DNA from: an uncultured bacterium
Lineage (GTDB): Bacteria > Chloroflexota > UBA5177 > JANWHV01
Direction: 5' to 3'
DNA: 64,000 nucleotides
Assembly: GCA_963729625.1 (NCBI GenBank)
Contig: CAVSOU010000008.1
Coordinates: 544,001-608,000 of the forward strand
The position numbers and the translations under genes are program-made. A model generated the notes under the pieces. The model did no database searches, was not told the DNA's origin, and saw only the letters and a list, made by a program, of their open reading frames with translations. This document shows positions 1-10,275 of the stretch, piece by piece. Numbering within the stretch: position 1 is the stretch's first letter; every line of letters starts with the position of its first letter.

Positions 1-17
1 GGGGCGGTGAGAGCCAT
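1..17 (-). CDS. 5' end of a gene running off the window (MALTAP...)
   Basis: Minus-strand ATG at 17 with GGGAGG Shine-Dalgarno at 32-27, downstream of and co-oriented with the glpD-like gene. Confidence 0.4.
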
Positions 18-116
18 GGTCAAGAACCTCCCAATCGCGTTTCAGTATAGCTCGACTGGATGCAGGGGACGCTACCGCAAGGCGCAATCCAGGGCGAGTC
101 GCGGCGGATGTGATAG

Positions 117-1811
117 CTACGCGGGAGAGGCCCCTGCTGGGACGTCCGCGAGCTCCGGCGCGGCGCCGAGCGCGATCTGTTCGTCGAATGCCGCCCGCTC
201 TGCGCGCATGCGATCGCCGTCCCACTGCAGGCGTTGGGCCAGGAACCGGGCCACCGCCTCGGCGGCATCGCGCCCGCGCTCGGCCGACAAACCGATGGTG
301 AGACGCCGAAGCACCACGTCGGCGAGGGTCAGAGCGCCCTCCTCGTCCACCGCGTACAGGACCTGCGCCATGACGTCGGGGTACCGGGAGCTGAGCGGCG
401 CCAGGAGCTCGCGGTCCGCGCGTATGTAGTCCAGCACGCGGACGTATCGAGAGCCATACACGCGAATGAGGTGTTCCACCAGCGCCGGATCGATGCCCAG
501 CCGTCGTGCCTGTGGATCGCGCTGTACCTCGACATAGCGGTCGATGTCGTGCAACAGTCCACCTGGAAGAGGTAGGTCGGCGGTACGGCCCTTGACGCGC
601 TGCTTGAGGATCCGGCAGGCAGCATCGACGAGGTCTTCAGCTACCGAGCGGTATGCCGTGAGCTTGCCGCCGATGATGCTCAGAAGCCCGGGCACGCCAT
701 CCTTGGCGCCGTGATCATAGAGAATATGCCTGCGCGAGACATCCGACTCCGGGATGCCTTCGATATGCATGAGCGATCGCACGCCTGCCCACGTGTAGTG
801 GATAGTCTCCCACGGCGCATTGGGATAAGCATAGCGCGCCTCGGCCAGCAGGTAACGGGCGTCCTCGGGATCGGTCACAATGCGGTCGAGGTCGCCGGTG
901 TAATCCGTGTCGGTCGTGCCGAGCAGCGAGAAACCGTTCCAGGGCACGACGAAGAAGAGCCGGCCATCGCTCCGCGCGTAGAGCACAACCGCCGTATCGC
1001 CGACTTTCGGCAGGACAAGATGCACGCCCTTCGTGCGGCGCGACAGCGTGCGAGACTCTCCGGTCATGACGCCAATTTCATCCAGCCAGGGGCCGGCCGC
1101 GTTGATCACCAGGCGGCTCGCCAGCTCGAGGCGCCGGCCGGATAGCGTGTCTTCGGCAACCACGCCACGCACGGCCTTACCCTGGCGGAGCAGCCCGGTC
1201 GCACGCGTGTGATTGTAGAGCGTGGCGCCGGCCTCGCGTGCGGCGATTGCGTTCTCCACATTGAGTCGCTCGGTGAAGGTAATCTGGCCGTCGTAGTAGC
1301 GGAACGATCCTTGCAGGCCGTCACGATGCAGGCCGGGCTCGAGCTGCAACGTCTCGGCCGCGCTGAGATGGCGGTGGTTGGAGACACTCTTGTCGTAGGA
1401 GAGCAGGTCGTAAAGGATCATGCCGGCGCGAAGCCGCAGCCGGTAATAGACGCTCTTGTCGTAGAGCGGTACGAGGAAGGACAGCGGTCTTACCAGATGC
1501 GGAGCGTTGCGGAACAGGCGCTCGCGCTCGCGCATGTCCTCCCGCACGAGAGCAAAATCGTACATTTCCAGGTAGCGCAGTCCGCCGTGCGCCAGTCGCG
1601 TGGAGCGGTTACTGGTTCCCCAGCCGTAGTCTTCCTTTTCGATCAGCGCGACGCGGAGTCCGCGAAGCGCGGCATCGCGTGCGGTCGCGAGCCCGATAAT
1701 GCCGCCTCCGACGACCACCAGGTCGTATGTGAAAGCATTCGCAACCAGTCCTAGTTCGTGCGTGAAGCGGTGCACCGCATACCCCTCAAGGATTATCGGC
1801 AGGGGCTTCAA
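117..1811 (-). CDS. glpD: FAD-dependent glycerol-3-phosphate dehydrogenase/oxidase family (true start probably nearer 1750-1775)
   Basis: GGGIIG FAD motif, GTSNRSTRLAHGGLRYLE, VINAAGPW, GTTDT, WAGVR, GGKLTAYR; C-terminal DAO_C-like region. Confidence 0.85.
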   Translation of the reverse strand: MKPLPIILEGYAVHRFTHELGLVANAFTYDLVVVGGGIIGLATARDAALRGLRVALIEKEDYGWGTSNRSTRLAHGGLRYLEMYDFALVREDMRERERLFRNAPHLVRPLSFLVPLYDKSVYYRLRLRAGMILYDLLSYDKSVSNHRHLSAAETLQLEPGLHRDGLQGSFRYYDGQITFTERLNVENAIAAREAGATLYNHTRATGLLRQGKAVRGVVAEDTLSGRRLELASRLVINAAGPWLDEIGVMTGESRTLSRRTKGVHLVLPKVGDTAVVLYARSDGRLFFVVPWNGFSLLGTTDTDYTGDLDRIVTDPEDARYLLAEARYAYPNAPWETIHYTWAGVRSLMHIEGIPESDVSRRHILYDHGAKDGVPGLLSIIGGKLTAYRSVAEDLVDAACRILKQRVKGRTADLPLPGGLLHDIDRYVEVQRDPQARRLGIDPALVEHLIRVYGSRYVRVLDYIRADRELLAPLSSRYPDVMAQVLYAVDEEGALTLADVVLRRLTIGLSAERGRDAAEAVARFLAQRLQWDGDRMRAERAAFDEQIALGAAPELADVPAGASPA

Positions 1812-2072
1812 TCACTGCCGTCTCAGGCACATGGTACCCTCTGGCGCGACGCGGCGAGTACTGCCGGGATTCACCGGGACCTCGGGAGGCGCAAGATGTG
1901 CGGACACGCGGAGACGCGAACCCGTACGCCGCGCCCGTCTGGTGGAGCAGCGGGTCCACGCCGGACCACGATCGCGGCCCAGCTGTGGTGGGAAGACGCG
2001 ATAATCAGTGTGGTGCGTGAAGACCGCACGGCATCACAGCACAATGGAGACGAGAACGAGGAGTTGGCGAGC

Positions 2073-4151
2073 ATGCCAGTTGAAACGGCGGCAACGGGGT
2101 GGATCCTGCAGACGGCTTCGACCGGCTACGCGCTGGAAGTGACCGACGACGGGCACGTGCTGCATCGGTATTGGGGGAAACGGCTGGTTGGCGTAGAAGA
2201 CTATAGCAGGGCAGCCGCAGACATCGGGCCCTTCACCGACCAGCTTGTCGAACCTGAGGAGTATCCTGCGCACGGTGGTATCAAGTACAGCGACCCGTGC
2301 CTGAAAGCCACATTTTCCGACGGCACGCGTGACCTTGTACTGCGTTTTGTGCGGGCGGAGATTCCGGAACAGGAACCCGAGTGTCTTGACCTGTACCTGG
2401 CTGATGTGTGCTATCCGCTGGACGTCGTTCTGCATTATCGCGTGCATAGCGCGTACGATCTGATCGAACGCTGGGTCAGCGTGCGGAATACGGGCGAGTC
2501 CCTGGTTACGCTGGAGCGCATCTGGTCGGCGCAGTGGCATCTGCCACAGGGCGACGAGTATCGCTTGACCCATTTTGCGGGTGGCTGGTCGGACGAGGGC
2601 CATATCGTGCGTGAGCCGCTCACGCGCGGCATCAAACGCCTCGAGAGCAGGCGGCTCACCACGAGTCACCACCATGCGCCCTATTTTGCCGTTGACCGCG
2701 GCACCGCCGACGAAGAGAGCGGAGACGTCTGGTTCGGTACCCTGGCCTGGAGCGGGAACTGGGCGATGTCCGCCGAAGTCACCGACTTCGCCGTCACGCG
2801 GATCGGCATTGGGCTCAACGACTGGGATTTCGCGCTCTGCTTGCGGCCGGGCCAAGCGTATACCACGCCGGCCTGCTTTGGCGGCTATAGCGCGTCCGGC
2901 TTCGGCCACGCCAGCCGGCATCTGCATGACTTCGCGCGAGAGAATTTGCTGCCGCACGGCTGGGAGGTACACAAAGTCCTCTACAACTCCTGGGAGGCCA
3001 CGACGTTTTCCGTCGACGAGACGTCGCAGGCGGAGCTGGCGCGGCTTGCGGCTGCCATGGGCGTAGAGTTGTTCGTGATGGACGACGGCTGGTTTCACGG
3101 ACGCGCCGCGGATAACGCCGGCCTGGGCGACTGGTGGCCGGATGCGCGGAAGTTCCCGCGGGGACTTGCTCCGCTCATCGCGGACGTCAATGCCCTGGGC
3201 ATGGACTTCGGTCTCTGGATCGAGCCCGAGATGGTGAACCCGGATAGCGACTTGTATCGCGCCCATCCGGACTGGGTCATCCACTTTCCGACACGGCAGC
3301 GGTCGGAGGCGCGCAATCAGCTCATTCTCAATCTGGCGCGCACGGACGTGCAGGACTACCTCATCGCTTCCATCGACGCGCTTCTGTCCGAGAACAATAT
3401 CGCGTTCGTCAAGTGGGACATGAATCGAAACGTGAGCGAACCCGGTTGGCCCGACGCGCCGGTCGAGGCTCGTGAGCTGTGGGTACGGTATGTCGAAGGT
3501 CTCTACCACGTGTGGGGCACGCTGCATGCACGGCATCCGCGCATCATCTTTCAAAGCTGCTCCGGCGGCGGCGGTCGCGCGGACTTCGGCATGCTGCGGC
3601 TCGCGGACCAGATCTGGACCAGCGACAACACCGAGGCGACGGCGCGGCTGGGTATTCAGGAAGGCTTCTCCTTCCTGTTTCCCGCCTCGACGATGGAGGC
3701 CTGGGTCACCGACGTGGGGCGCGGCATGGTTCCCCTGAGCTTCCGGTTTGCAGTCGCCATGAGCGGCGTGCTTGGAGTCGGTGGTCACCTCGCCCGCTGG
3801 TCTGAAGAGGAGCGAGCGGAGGCCGCGCGCTGGATCATGCTCTACAAGGAGATCCGCCCGATCGTGCAGGCAGGCGATCAGTACCGCCTGCGCTCGCCGC
3901 AGCGTGACGGGTTCGCCGCCGTACAGTACATGTCGAAGGACAGATCCGAAGGGGTCCTGTTTGCCTACAGGACCTGGCTGCCGGATCCGCGGCGGCTACC
4001 GGTGATCTATCCACGCGGCCTGGAGTGGACTGCCGAGTACGAGATCGAGGGCATCGCGGGCGCCAGGTCGGGCGCAGGCTGGATGCACGGTGGGATCAGG
4101 GTGAAGCTCGGCAACCTGGAGAGTACGATCAGACGCATCCGGCGGCTGTAG
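2073..4151 (+). CDS. alpha-galactosidase, GH36
   Basis: YNSWEA, FVMDDGWF, FGLWIEPEMVN, VKWDMNR, SCSGGGGR, WTSDNT motifs; GAGGAG RBS before ATG 2073. Confidence 0.92.
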   Translation: MPVETAATGWILQTASTGYALEVTDDGHVLHRYWGKRLVGVEDYSRAAADIGPFTDQLVEPEEYPAHGGIKYSDPCLKATFSDGTRDLVLRFVRAEIPEQEPECLDLYLADVCYPLDVVLHYRVHSAYDLIERWVSVRNTGESLVTLERIWSAQWHLPQGDEYRLTHFAGGWSDEGHIVREPLTRGIKRLESRRLTTSHHHAPYFAVDRGTADEESGDVWFGTLAWSGNWAMSAEVTDFAVTRIGIGLNDWDFALCLRPGQAYTTPACFGGYSASGFGHASRHLHDFARENLLPHGWEVHKVLYNSWEATTFSVDETSQAELARLAAAMGVELFVMDDGWFHGRAADNAGLGDWWPDARKFPRGLAPLIADVNALGMDFGLWIEPEMVNPDSDLYRAHPDWVIHFPTRQRSEARNQLILNLARTDVQDYLIASIDALLSENNIAFVKWDMNRNVSEPGWPDAPVEARELWVRYVEGLYHVWGTLHARHPRIIFQSCSGGGGRADFGMLRLADQIWTSDNTEATARLGIQEGFSFLFPASTMEAWVTDVGRGMVPLSFRFAVAMSGVLGVGGHLARWSEEERAEAARWIMLYKEIRPIVQAGDQYRLRSPQRDGFAAVQYMSKDRSEGVLFAYRTWLPDPRRLPVIYPRGLEWTAEYEIEGIAGARSGAGWMHGGIRVKLGNLESTIRRIRRL

Positions 4152-4184
4152 CGAAACTCTGCGTTCAATCCCCATGACAGCAGA

Positions 4185-4217
4185 CGACCGGCACGCGGGT
4201 TTTGCGCATGCCGGTCG
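4185..4217. terminator. hairpin between convergent GH36 and fbaB
   Basis: Inverted repeat CGACCGGCA ... TGCCGGTCG. Confidence 0.5.
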
Positions 4218-4283
4218 CCTGGCAACCTGACACAGTTTTGAACGTTGCCGGTGTCACGCGAGCGCTCGACCGGCGGGAAAATG

Positions 4284-5363
4284 CTAGGCGATAGTCACGT
4301 CCTTGCAGAGATACACGTCCTGGATCGCATGGAGAAGAGCGGCGCCCTCCGCCATCGGTCGCTGGAACGCCTTCCGGCCGGAGATAAGCCCCGTGCCGCC
4401 TGCTCGCTTGTTCACGACCGCGGTCAGCACGGCTTCCGACAGGTCCGTTGCTCCCGAGGAAGCGCCGCCTGAATTGATGAGCCCTGCACGGCCCATGTAG
4501 CAGTTCATCACCTGGTAGCGGGTCAGGTCGATAGGGTTATCGGTGGTCAGGTCGCTGTACACTTTGCTGCTGGTCTTGCCGAACTTGATGGCGTTGTATC
4601 CGCCATTGTTCTCCGGCAGCTTCTGCTTGATGATGTCGGCTTCGATCGTAACGCCCAGGTGGTTGGCCTGGCCCGTGAGATCGGCGGACAGATGGTAGTC
4701 GACGCCATCCTTCTTGAAAGCAGGGTTGCGCAGATAGCACCAGAGCACGGTTGCCAGTCCCAGCTCGTGTGCCCGGTGGAACGCCTTTGCAACTTCCTGG
4801 ATCTGGCGCCCGGACTCGGCGGAGCCAAAGTAAATCGTGGCGCCGACGGCGGTAGCGCCGAGGTTCCAGGCCTGCTCGACGGTGCCGAACATGATCTGGT
4901 CGGCTTTCTCGGGGTATGTCAGAAGCTCATTATGATTGATTTTCACGATGAACGGGATCTTGTGCGCATACTGACGAGCGATGGATCCAAGCACGCCAAA
5001 CGTGGAAGCGACGGCATTGCACTCACCCTCGAGAGCAAGCTGCACGATATTCGCCGGATCAAAGTACGCGGGATTCGGCGCGAACGACGCGCCGGCAGAG
5101 TGCTCGATGCCCTGGTCCACCGGTAGAATCGACATATAGCCGGTGCCGGCAAGGCGACCGGTGTGAAACATCTGGCTGAGGCTGCGCAGTACCTGCGGCG
5201 AGCGATCGCTATGCGCGACCACACGATCGATAAAGTCGGGTCCTGGAAGATTCAGGTTCTCGGCAGAGACTTTTGCCTTGTACGTAAGCAGGTCCTGCTT
5301 GGCGCCCAGCAGTTCCACGATACGATCGATGGACTGTGCGGGCTTGGAAGCAACTGTTACCAT
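4284..5363 (-). CDS. fbaB: class I fructose-bisphosphate aldolase (DhnA/FbaB type)
   Basis: [37 protein letters not shown] Schiff-base Lys, [10 protein letters not shown]. Confidence 0.93.
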   Translation of the reverse strand: MVTVASKPAQSIDRIVELLGAKQDLLTYKAKVSAENLNLPGPDFIDRVVAHSDRSPQVLRSLSQMFHTGRLAGTGYMSILPVDQGIEHSAGASFAPNPAYFDPANIVQLALEGECNAVASTFGVLGSIARQYAHKIPFIVKINHNELLTYPEKADQIMFGTVEQAWNLGATAVGATIYFGSAESGRQIQEVAKAFHRAHELGLATVLWCYLRNPAFKKDGVDYHLSADLTGQANHLGVTIEADIIKQKLPENNGGYNAIKFGKTSSKVYSDLTTDNPIDLTRYQVMNCYMGRAGLINSGGASSGATDLSEAVLTAVVNKRAGGTGLISGRKAFQRPMAEGAALLHAIQDVYLCKDVTIA

Positions 5364-5533
5364 AACGAGCTACCTTCCCTTGTCCGATAGTGTTGAGCTG
5401 ATCGGCGTGACAGCGCACGCGTGACAGTTGGCTGCCTCTATAAGCGTATCAACTGCGCTTGCGTGGCAATCAGGGCTGGATGCCCCTGCGATGCAGGACA
5501 AGTGGCCCTTCTTGGCGTCGCCGAGATCCTCTC

Positions 5534-5650
5534 TCAGGCAAACGAGATCTTGAAGCACTGGACGTAATCGCAGGGCTTCTCCAGCGGCAGGTCGATGGCC
5601 AGACCCCGGCTGGTCTGCTCGAACGACACGGGCGCTTCGCAGCCGAGGAG
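5534..5650 (-). pseudogene. 3' remnant resembling an alpha-L-fucosidase C-terminal domain
   Basis: LLGCEAPVSFEQTSRGLAIDLPLEKPCDYVQCFKISFA* matches the recalled LLG...L.I.LP...P....FKI tail; no upstream gene body. Confidence 0.45.
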
Positions 5651-5669
5651 GCAGGATAGGGTCGTGCGG

Positions 5670-6377
5670 ATGGTCAAGCAGCTCGACGAAGGGCAGCGCG
5701 CCGGGGTCGCCACGATCGACGACGTGGCACGCCATGCCGGTGTCTCCACTGCCACGGTCTCGCGCGTGCTCAACGGAGTCGGCGGCGTGCGTGACGCATT
5801 GGCCGACCGCGTGCATGCCTCGTGCGAGGTACTGCAGTACCGGCCGAACACTACCGCTCGTATCCTGGCTGGCGGACGCTCCAGGTCCATCGGTCTGTGG
5901 GCTCCCGACATCAGGAATCAATTCTTTATGGATATCGTCAGCGGCTCACTGCAGGCAGCGCAGGAGCTCGGCTATCTCGTCACGCTCGCCAGCTACCCCG
6001 GGGAGGTGCCGGACCGGCGACACCGGCACTACGCCGACTTGCTGGCGTCGGCTGCTTTGGGCGGCGCTGTAGTGATAGGCAGTCGCGACCGTGAGCTCGC
6101 GCTGGATCTGCTGCGGCAGCGCGGCATTCCAATCGTCACCATCGACCATCAGCCGGTTGATGAGACATCGGACCTGGTGAACATCGACAACGTGCGGGCC
6201 GCTCGCGACGCCGTGGCCCACCTCGTGACGCAGGGTTACCGGCGGATCGGCATCCTCGCGGGACCACGGGCTACGATGACCGGCCGCGACCGGTTGGCTG
6301 GGTACCGGCTGGGGCTGCTGGACGCCGGCCTGGCGCACGATCCGGCGCTCGAGTACTCCGCTCACTCATCATCTTGA
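5670..6377 (+). pseudogene. LacI-family regulator, C-terminally truncated (~235 aa)
   Basis: TIDDVARHAGVSTATVSRVLN HTH, YRPN hinge, DNVRAARDAVAHL...GYRRIG; stops about 100 aa short of typical LacI length. Confidence 0.7.
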
Positions 6378-6610
6378 TGTGGGCGCAGAACTTCGATCCC
6401 TCGCTGCGACCGATGATGATGCTCGCCTCGGCCGCGCTTGTCACGATTGCCGTCACTGAACGATGCGCGTCAGGGCGAACACCGACCGCCGAGCGAGGGG
6501 CTATACTCAGCATGTGCCTGCTATGCCCGCCTTCAACGCCGGCCAGGTACTGGAGAATTGCCGGTGGACTTTCGCGGGTATCGAGAGGGCTAGGGAGTTG
6601 GAGTACGCAG

Positions 6611-7108
6611 ATGGAGAAGACGAAGAGCATCGAGCTGTTGAACAGAGCTGTCGCCGATGAGCTTCAGGCAGTACACCAGTACATGTATTTCCATTTTCAT
6701 CTGGGCGACCAGGGATTTGGACCGCTCTCGCAGTTGTTCAAGCGGATCGCCATTGAGGAAATGGGGCATGTGGAGCTGCTGGCAGACCGCGTGCTGTTCC
6801 TGAAGGGCGACGTCGAAATGGCTGCCGCCGGACCGATCCAGAAGATCGCGGAACCGGAAGCCATGCTTGCGAAGGCCATGGCGATGGAAGAAGAGGGCGT
6901 CCAATCGTACAACGCCTCAGCGCTTGCCTGCACCGCGAACGCGGATTCCGGCTCGAAACAGCTGTTCGAACAACTGCTGCGGGACGAGGAGGGCCACGGC
7001 GATCAGTTCGAGAAGCAGCGCGATAATATCCGGCGCTTTGGCCTGAGCTATCTGGCGCTGCAGTCGTTTGGCATCGCCGCGACCGAGAGCGCGCCCGCGG
7101 CGGACTGA
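6611..7108 (+). CDS. bfr: bacterioferritin
   Basis: LLN...DELQAVHQY, EEMGH (haem Met and ferroxidase ligands), DEEGH. Confidence 0.85.
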   Translation: MEKTKSIELLNRAVADELQAVHQYMYFHFHLGDQGFGPLSQLFKRIAIEEMGHVELLADRVLFLKGDVEMAAAGPIQKIAEPEAMLAKAMAMEEEGVQSYNASALACTANADSGSKQLFEQLLRDEEGHGDQFEKQRDNIRRFGLSYLALQSFGIAATESAPAAD

Positions 7109-7296
7109 GGTGATCTGGGCGTAGATTTCCAGCTATAGTGCGGCAAGACAGTAGTCGGCGCCCACTCCTGAAGAGAGCCGCCACCAGTCTCGAGGACGTG
7201 CATGCCTGGGATATCACTTGAGCCGAGTTCTGTTTGGGTCTGGTCGCCATGCCGGCAAGGGCGGGCGTTCATTGCCTCGATCAAGGAGAGCAGCTG

Positions 7297-8259
7297 ATGA
7301 AAATAGGAGCATTCGCGGTCTTACTGTCCGATCGGCCGTTGGAGCAGGCGCTCGACTATCTCAAGATGACAGGCCTGGACATGGTAGAGATTGGCACCGG
7401 CGGTTATCCCGGCGCGGCCCACGCCAAACCCACGGAGTTGCTGGCCGATTCGGCAAAGCTGGCGGCATTCAAGCACGCCATCGATTCCCGCGGCTTGCAG
7501 ATCAGCGCGCTGTCCTGCCATGGCAACCCGCTGCATCCGCAGGCGAGCATCGCCGCCGCGCACCACGAAGACTTTCGCAACACCGTCTTGCTGGCCGAGC
7601 GGCTGGGCGTGGAGCGCGTGGTTACGTTCTCGGGCTGCCCGGGCGACAGCGATCAGGCCAAGTATCCTAACTGGGTCACCTGCCCCTGGCCTGACGACTT
7701 TTCCGCCCTGGTGGCGTGGCAGTGGGAACAGAAGGTCATTCCCTACTGGCAGGAGCAGGCGGATTTTTGTCGCCGGCACGGCGTGCGGGTGGCGCTGGAG
7801 ATGCACCCCGGCTTCGTGGTCTACAGTGCTGAGACCATGCTGCGCCTGCGCGAGGCCGTGGGCGACCAGATTGGCGCCAACCTCGATCCGAGCCACCTGT
7901 TCTGGCAAGGCGCGGATCCGATCGAAGCAGTGCGCGCCTTGGGCCCGGCCATCTTCTACGTCCACGCCAAGGACACGGCTATCGACAAGTTCAACACCGG
8001 GCGGAACGGCGTGCTTGATACCAAGTCCTATCGCGACGAGGCCAATCGCTCCTGGATCTTCCGCACGGTCGGCTACGGGCACGATGCCAAATTCTGGAAA
8101 GACTTCGTCAGCGCGCTGCGCCTGGTGGGCTATGACTGGGTGCTCAGCATCGAGCACGAAGACAGCCTGATGTCCGTTCCCGAAGGCCTGAGCAAAGCAG
8201 TGGCGCTGCTCAAGGAAGCGGTGATTACCGAGAAGCTCTCCGGCATGTGGTGGGCCTGA
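7297..8259 (+). CDS. sugar phosphate isomerase/epimerase (xylose isomerase-like TIM barrel)
   Basis: LEMHPG, NLDPSHLFWQG, VHAKDT, LSIEHED metal ligands; AAGGAG RBS. Confidence 0.85.
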   Translation: MKIGAFAVLLSDRPLEQALDYLKMTGLDMVEIGTGGYPGAAHAKPTELLADSAKLAAFKHAIDSRGLQISALSCHGNPLHPQASIAAAHHEDFRNTVLLAERLGVERVVTFSGCPGDSDQAKYPNWVTCPWPDDFSALVAWQWEQKVIPYWQEQADFCRRHGVRVALEMHPGFVVYSAETMLRLREAVGDQIGANLDPSHLFWQGADPIEAVRALGPAIFYVHAKDTAIDKFNTGRNGVLDTKSYRDEANRSWIFRTVGYGHDAKFWKDFVSALRLVGYDWVLSIEHEDSLMSVPEGLSKAVALLKEAVITEKLSGMWWA

Positions 8260-8534
8260 CAGCGGCTGCGCCACTCTGACCTGAGCCTTCGTGCGCGCAA
8301 TCGAAATAGAGCGGCGTTCCGGCCGATCGTGGCCGGCTCCCCCGCTTCGTGGTCGATCCTGGCCCGGTGCGCCGGTTCGCAGGATAGGCGCGCTCCGTAC
8401 GGGGATCCAAGCCGTGAAAGCATGTCGCGTCAGCGCAGTGCAAGTAGCTCGCTCAGCTAGCGCGGTGCAATTGGTCGTACAACCGGGGCGCGGGCAACTC
8501 CTCCTCGTGTTGCAGATCGCGCCTGTGCTTTGTT

Positions 8535-9578
8535 TTAGACCTGCCATTCGTCTATTGGAGTGGTCGATCGGACGACGTGCATGCCCGCGTTCCGGAAACC
8601 GGCCAGCGCGCTCTCCGCCTGTTCGGTGAAATCGGCCAGGTAGCCGCCGTGTCCATCCGGTACAACCACGCTCGACATGCAGTCCTGGAGAATGTAGACC
8701 TTGCCGGCCAGTGACGGGTCGACTGCCCTGATCTCGTCCAGCAGATCTTCCAGCGTGCTCTTCACGCAGTGACTGGCCGCCTCACCCGCTACCACGACGG
8801 CATCGGCGGCCAGCAACCGCGCGATGAATGAGCTGTTCTTGTCCGCCAGCATGCCGCCATCATGCCGCTGCAGCACCTCGGGACGCAGGATGCTGTAGTT
8901 CTCTGTCAGGGGTAGACCGCCCTTCAACTCGATCCAGGCCTGAGTCTGCCGGACGAAGGCGTGGAAGAGCTGCGCCTCCTGCACAACTCCGGCCAGCGTA
9001 TGGCCCTGGCTGCCAAGGAGGCAGTGGAACGGCCAGAGATAAAGCTCGTACTTGCCCTCCCGGGCAAGCGCCTCGCAATAGAATGTCACCTGCGCCAGGA
9101 GCCACGCATAGTCGCCGTCGCAAAGCCACTCCGCGACCGCCGGATTCGGCCGCAGCGCGCCGGCGAGAATGTCTTCGAGATGCACGACGGTGTGCGGCGG
9201 CGGCACGTTTCCGGCGGCATCCAACCAGAAAGCGGGAAAGAAGATCTGCTCTGGAAAGTGCGTGTCCAGGGTGGTGGTAATCGCCGTGATCGCGCCGAGA
9301 TTGCGGTAGATGAACTCCGCAAGTCTCCGGCAATCGTCCAGCGCGCCTTCGCCTGAGCGACCGCCGACGTAGAGGCTGCCTGCCGGAAAGCAGAAATCCT
9401 TCTGCGCGTCGATCACCAGCAGATGAACGCGCCGCCGGTCGGCCGAGGCCAATCCGATGTCGAACCGGCGCCGCCACGCCGCCGCTGCCGCCAGCAGCGC
9501 ATGCGGATCGGGCCGGAAGTCCCAGCGGCGCGCGTTTGCCGGATCGAAGAATGGAGGCACGGGCAAGGTAGCCTGCAT
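8535..9578 (-). CDS. nicotinamidase/isochorismatase-like cysteine hydrolase, long form
   Basis: VIDAQKDF, LDTH, WPFHC, AGEAASHCV catalytic and metal motifs. Confidence 0.8.
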   Translation of the reverse strand: MQATLPVPPFFDPANARRWDFRPDPHALLAAAAAWRRRFDIGLASADRRRVHLLVIDAQKDFCFPAGSLYVGGRSGEGALDDCRRLAEFIYRNLGAITAITTTLDTHFPEQIFFPAFWLDAAGNVPPPHTVVHLEDILAGALRPNPAVAEWLCDGDYAWLLAQVTFYCEALAREGKYELYLWPFHCLLGSQGHTLAGVVQEAQLFHAFVRQTQAWIELKGGLPLTENYSILRPEVLQRHDGGMLADKNSSFIARLLAADAVVVAGEAASHCVKSTLEDLLDEIRAVDPSLAGKVYILQDCMSSVVVPDGHGGYLADFTEQAESALAGFRNAGMHVVRSTTPIDEWQV

Positions 9579-9845
9579 GATCGCACGATCCTTCCTGACT
9601 GCTCGAGCGTCGACCAGGTGCCGCTATGCGCGCTTCGTGTAGAGCCAGGGGCGCTCGGCCTTTCACGCGATCGAGCACTCACCCGTCGGCTTCGACAGCC
9701 TCCACAGCCTCCCGTACTTTGCCCATCAGACCGCAGGACCAAGAATGCCGCGAAGCACATCATCCATACCCAGCATAGTACGCGCTAGCAACCGCGCCCG
9801 CCACCGGGTAAGGTCGGAATCTCAGACGCGGCTGTTGGCGCCAGC

Positions 9846-9868
9846 TACAATACATCTAGACTGTCTAG
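9846..9868 (+). promoter_or_regulatory. -10 box plus palindromic operator of the decayed TA operon
   Basis: TACAAT (9846-9851) followed by CTAGAC-T-GTCTAG (9856-9868). Confidence 0.6.
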
Positions 9869-9885
9869 CTAGAAAGAAGCGACAG

Positions 9886-10014
9886 GTGCATGCTTCATGG
9901 CCCTTACAGGAAGCGAAGAACAAGCTCAGCTTGGTTGTACAGCAGGCCGCCAGCCAGGGTCCTCAGTTGATCACGGTACGCGGCCGGCCTGCGGCAGTGC
10001 AGAGTGCAGTGTGA
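9886..10014 (+). pseudogene. Phd/YefM antitoxin, N-terminal half only
   Basis: WPLQEAKNKLSLVVQQAASQGPQLITVRGRPAAV then a stop after 42 codons. Confidence 0.8.
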
Positions 10015-10018
10015 AGGT

Positions 10019-10168
10019 TTGCAGCGCGGGACACCACTGCCGGTCATCGACTGCCTTCTGACCGCTACGGCGCAGGTTCACAACTTGACGGTAGCCACCC
10101 GTAATGTGGATGACCTGCTGCGATGCGGGGCTACGGTACTCAACCCATGGCAACATGCGTCGCCTTGA
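10019..10168 (+). pseudogene. VapC PIN toxin, C-terminal fragment (not in the ORF track)
   Basis: Translates [49 protein letters not shown], a typical VapC tail. Confidence 0.8.
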
Positions 10169-10275
10169 TGTGCTCTGCTGCATATGCGCCTTTCGCGGTA
10201 TCCTTCGCTTCAGCGATCTCAGACAATGACCGTCGATGGATTGTGCCAGAATGGCACAGCAAGGAGCCGCAGAGC

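Noticed and set aside
6374-6610. N-terminal extension of the bacterioferritin ORF
   Set aside because: No ferritin similarity; ATG 6611 has a GGAG RBS and gives a normal length
8432-8470. AGCGCRGTGCAA direct repeat between convergent genes
   Set aside because: Only two copies, no promoter context, no assignable role
10015-10275. Possible T-box or attenuator upstream of trpB2
   Set aside because: The region is accounted for by the VapC remnant; no T-box motif or Trp-rich leader seen
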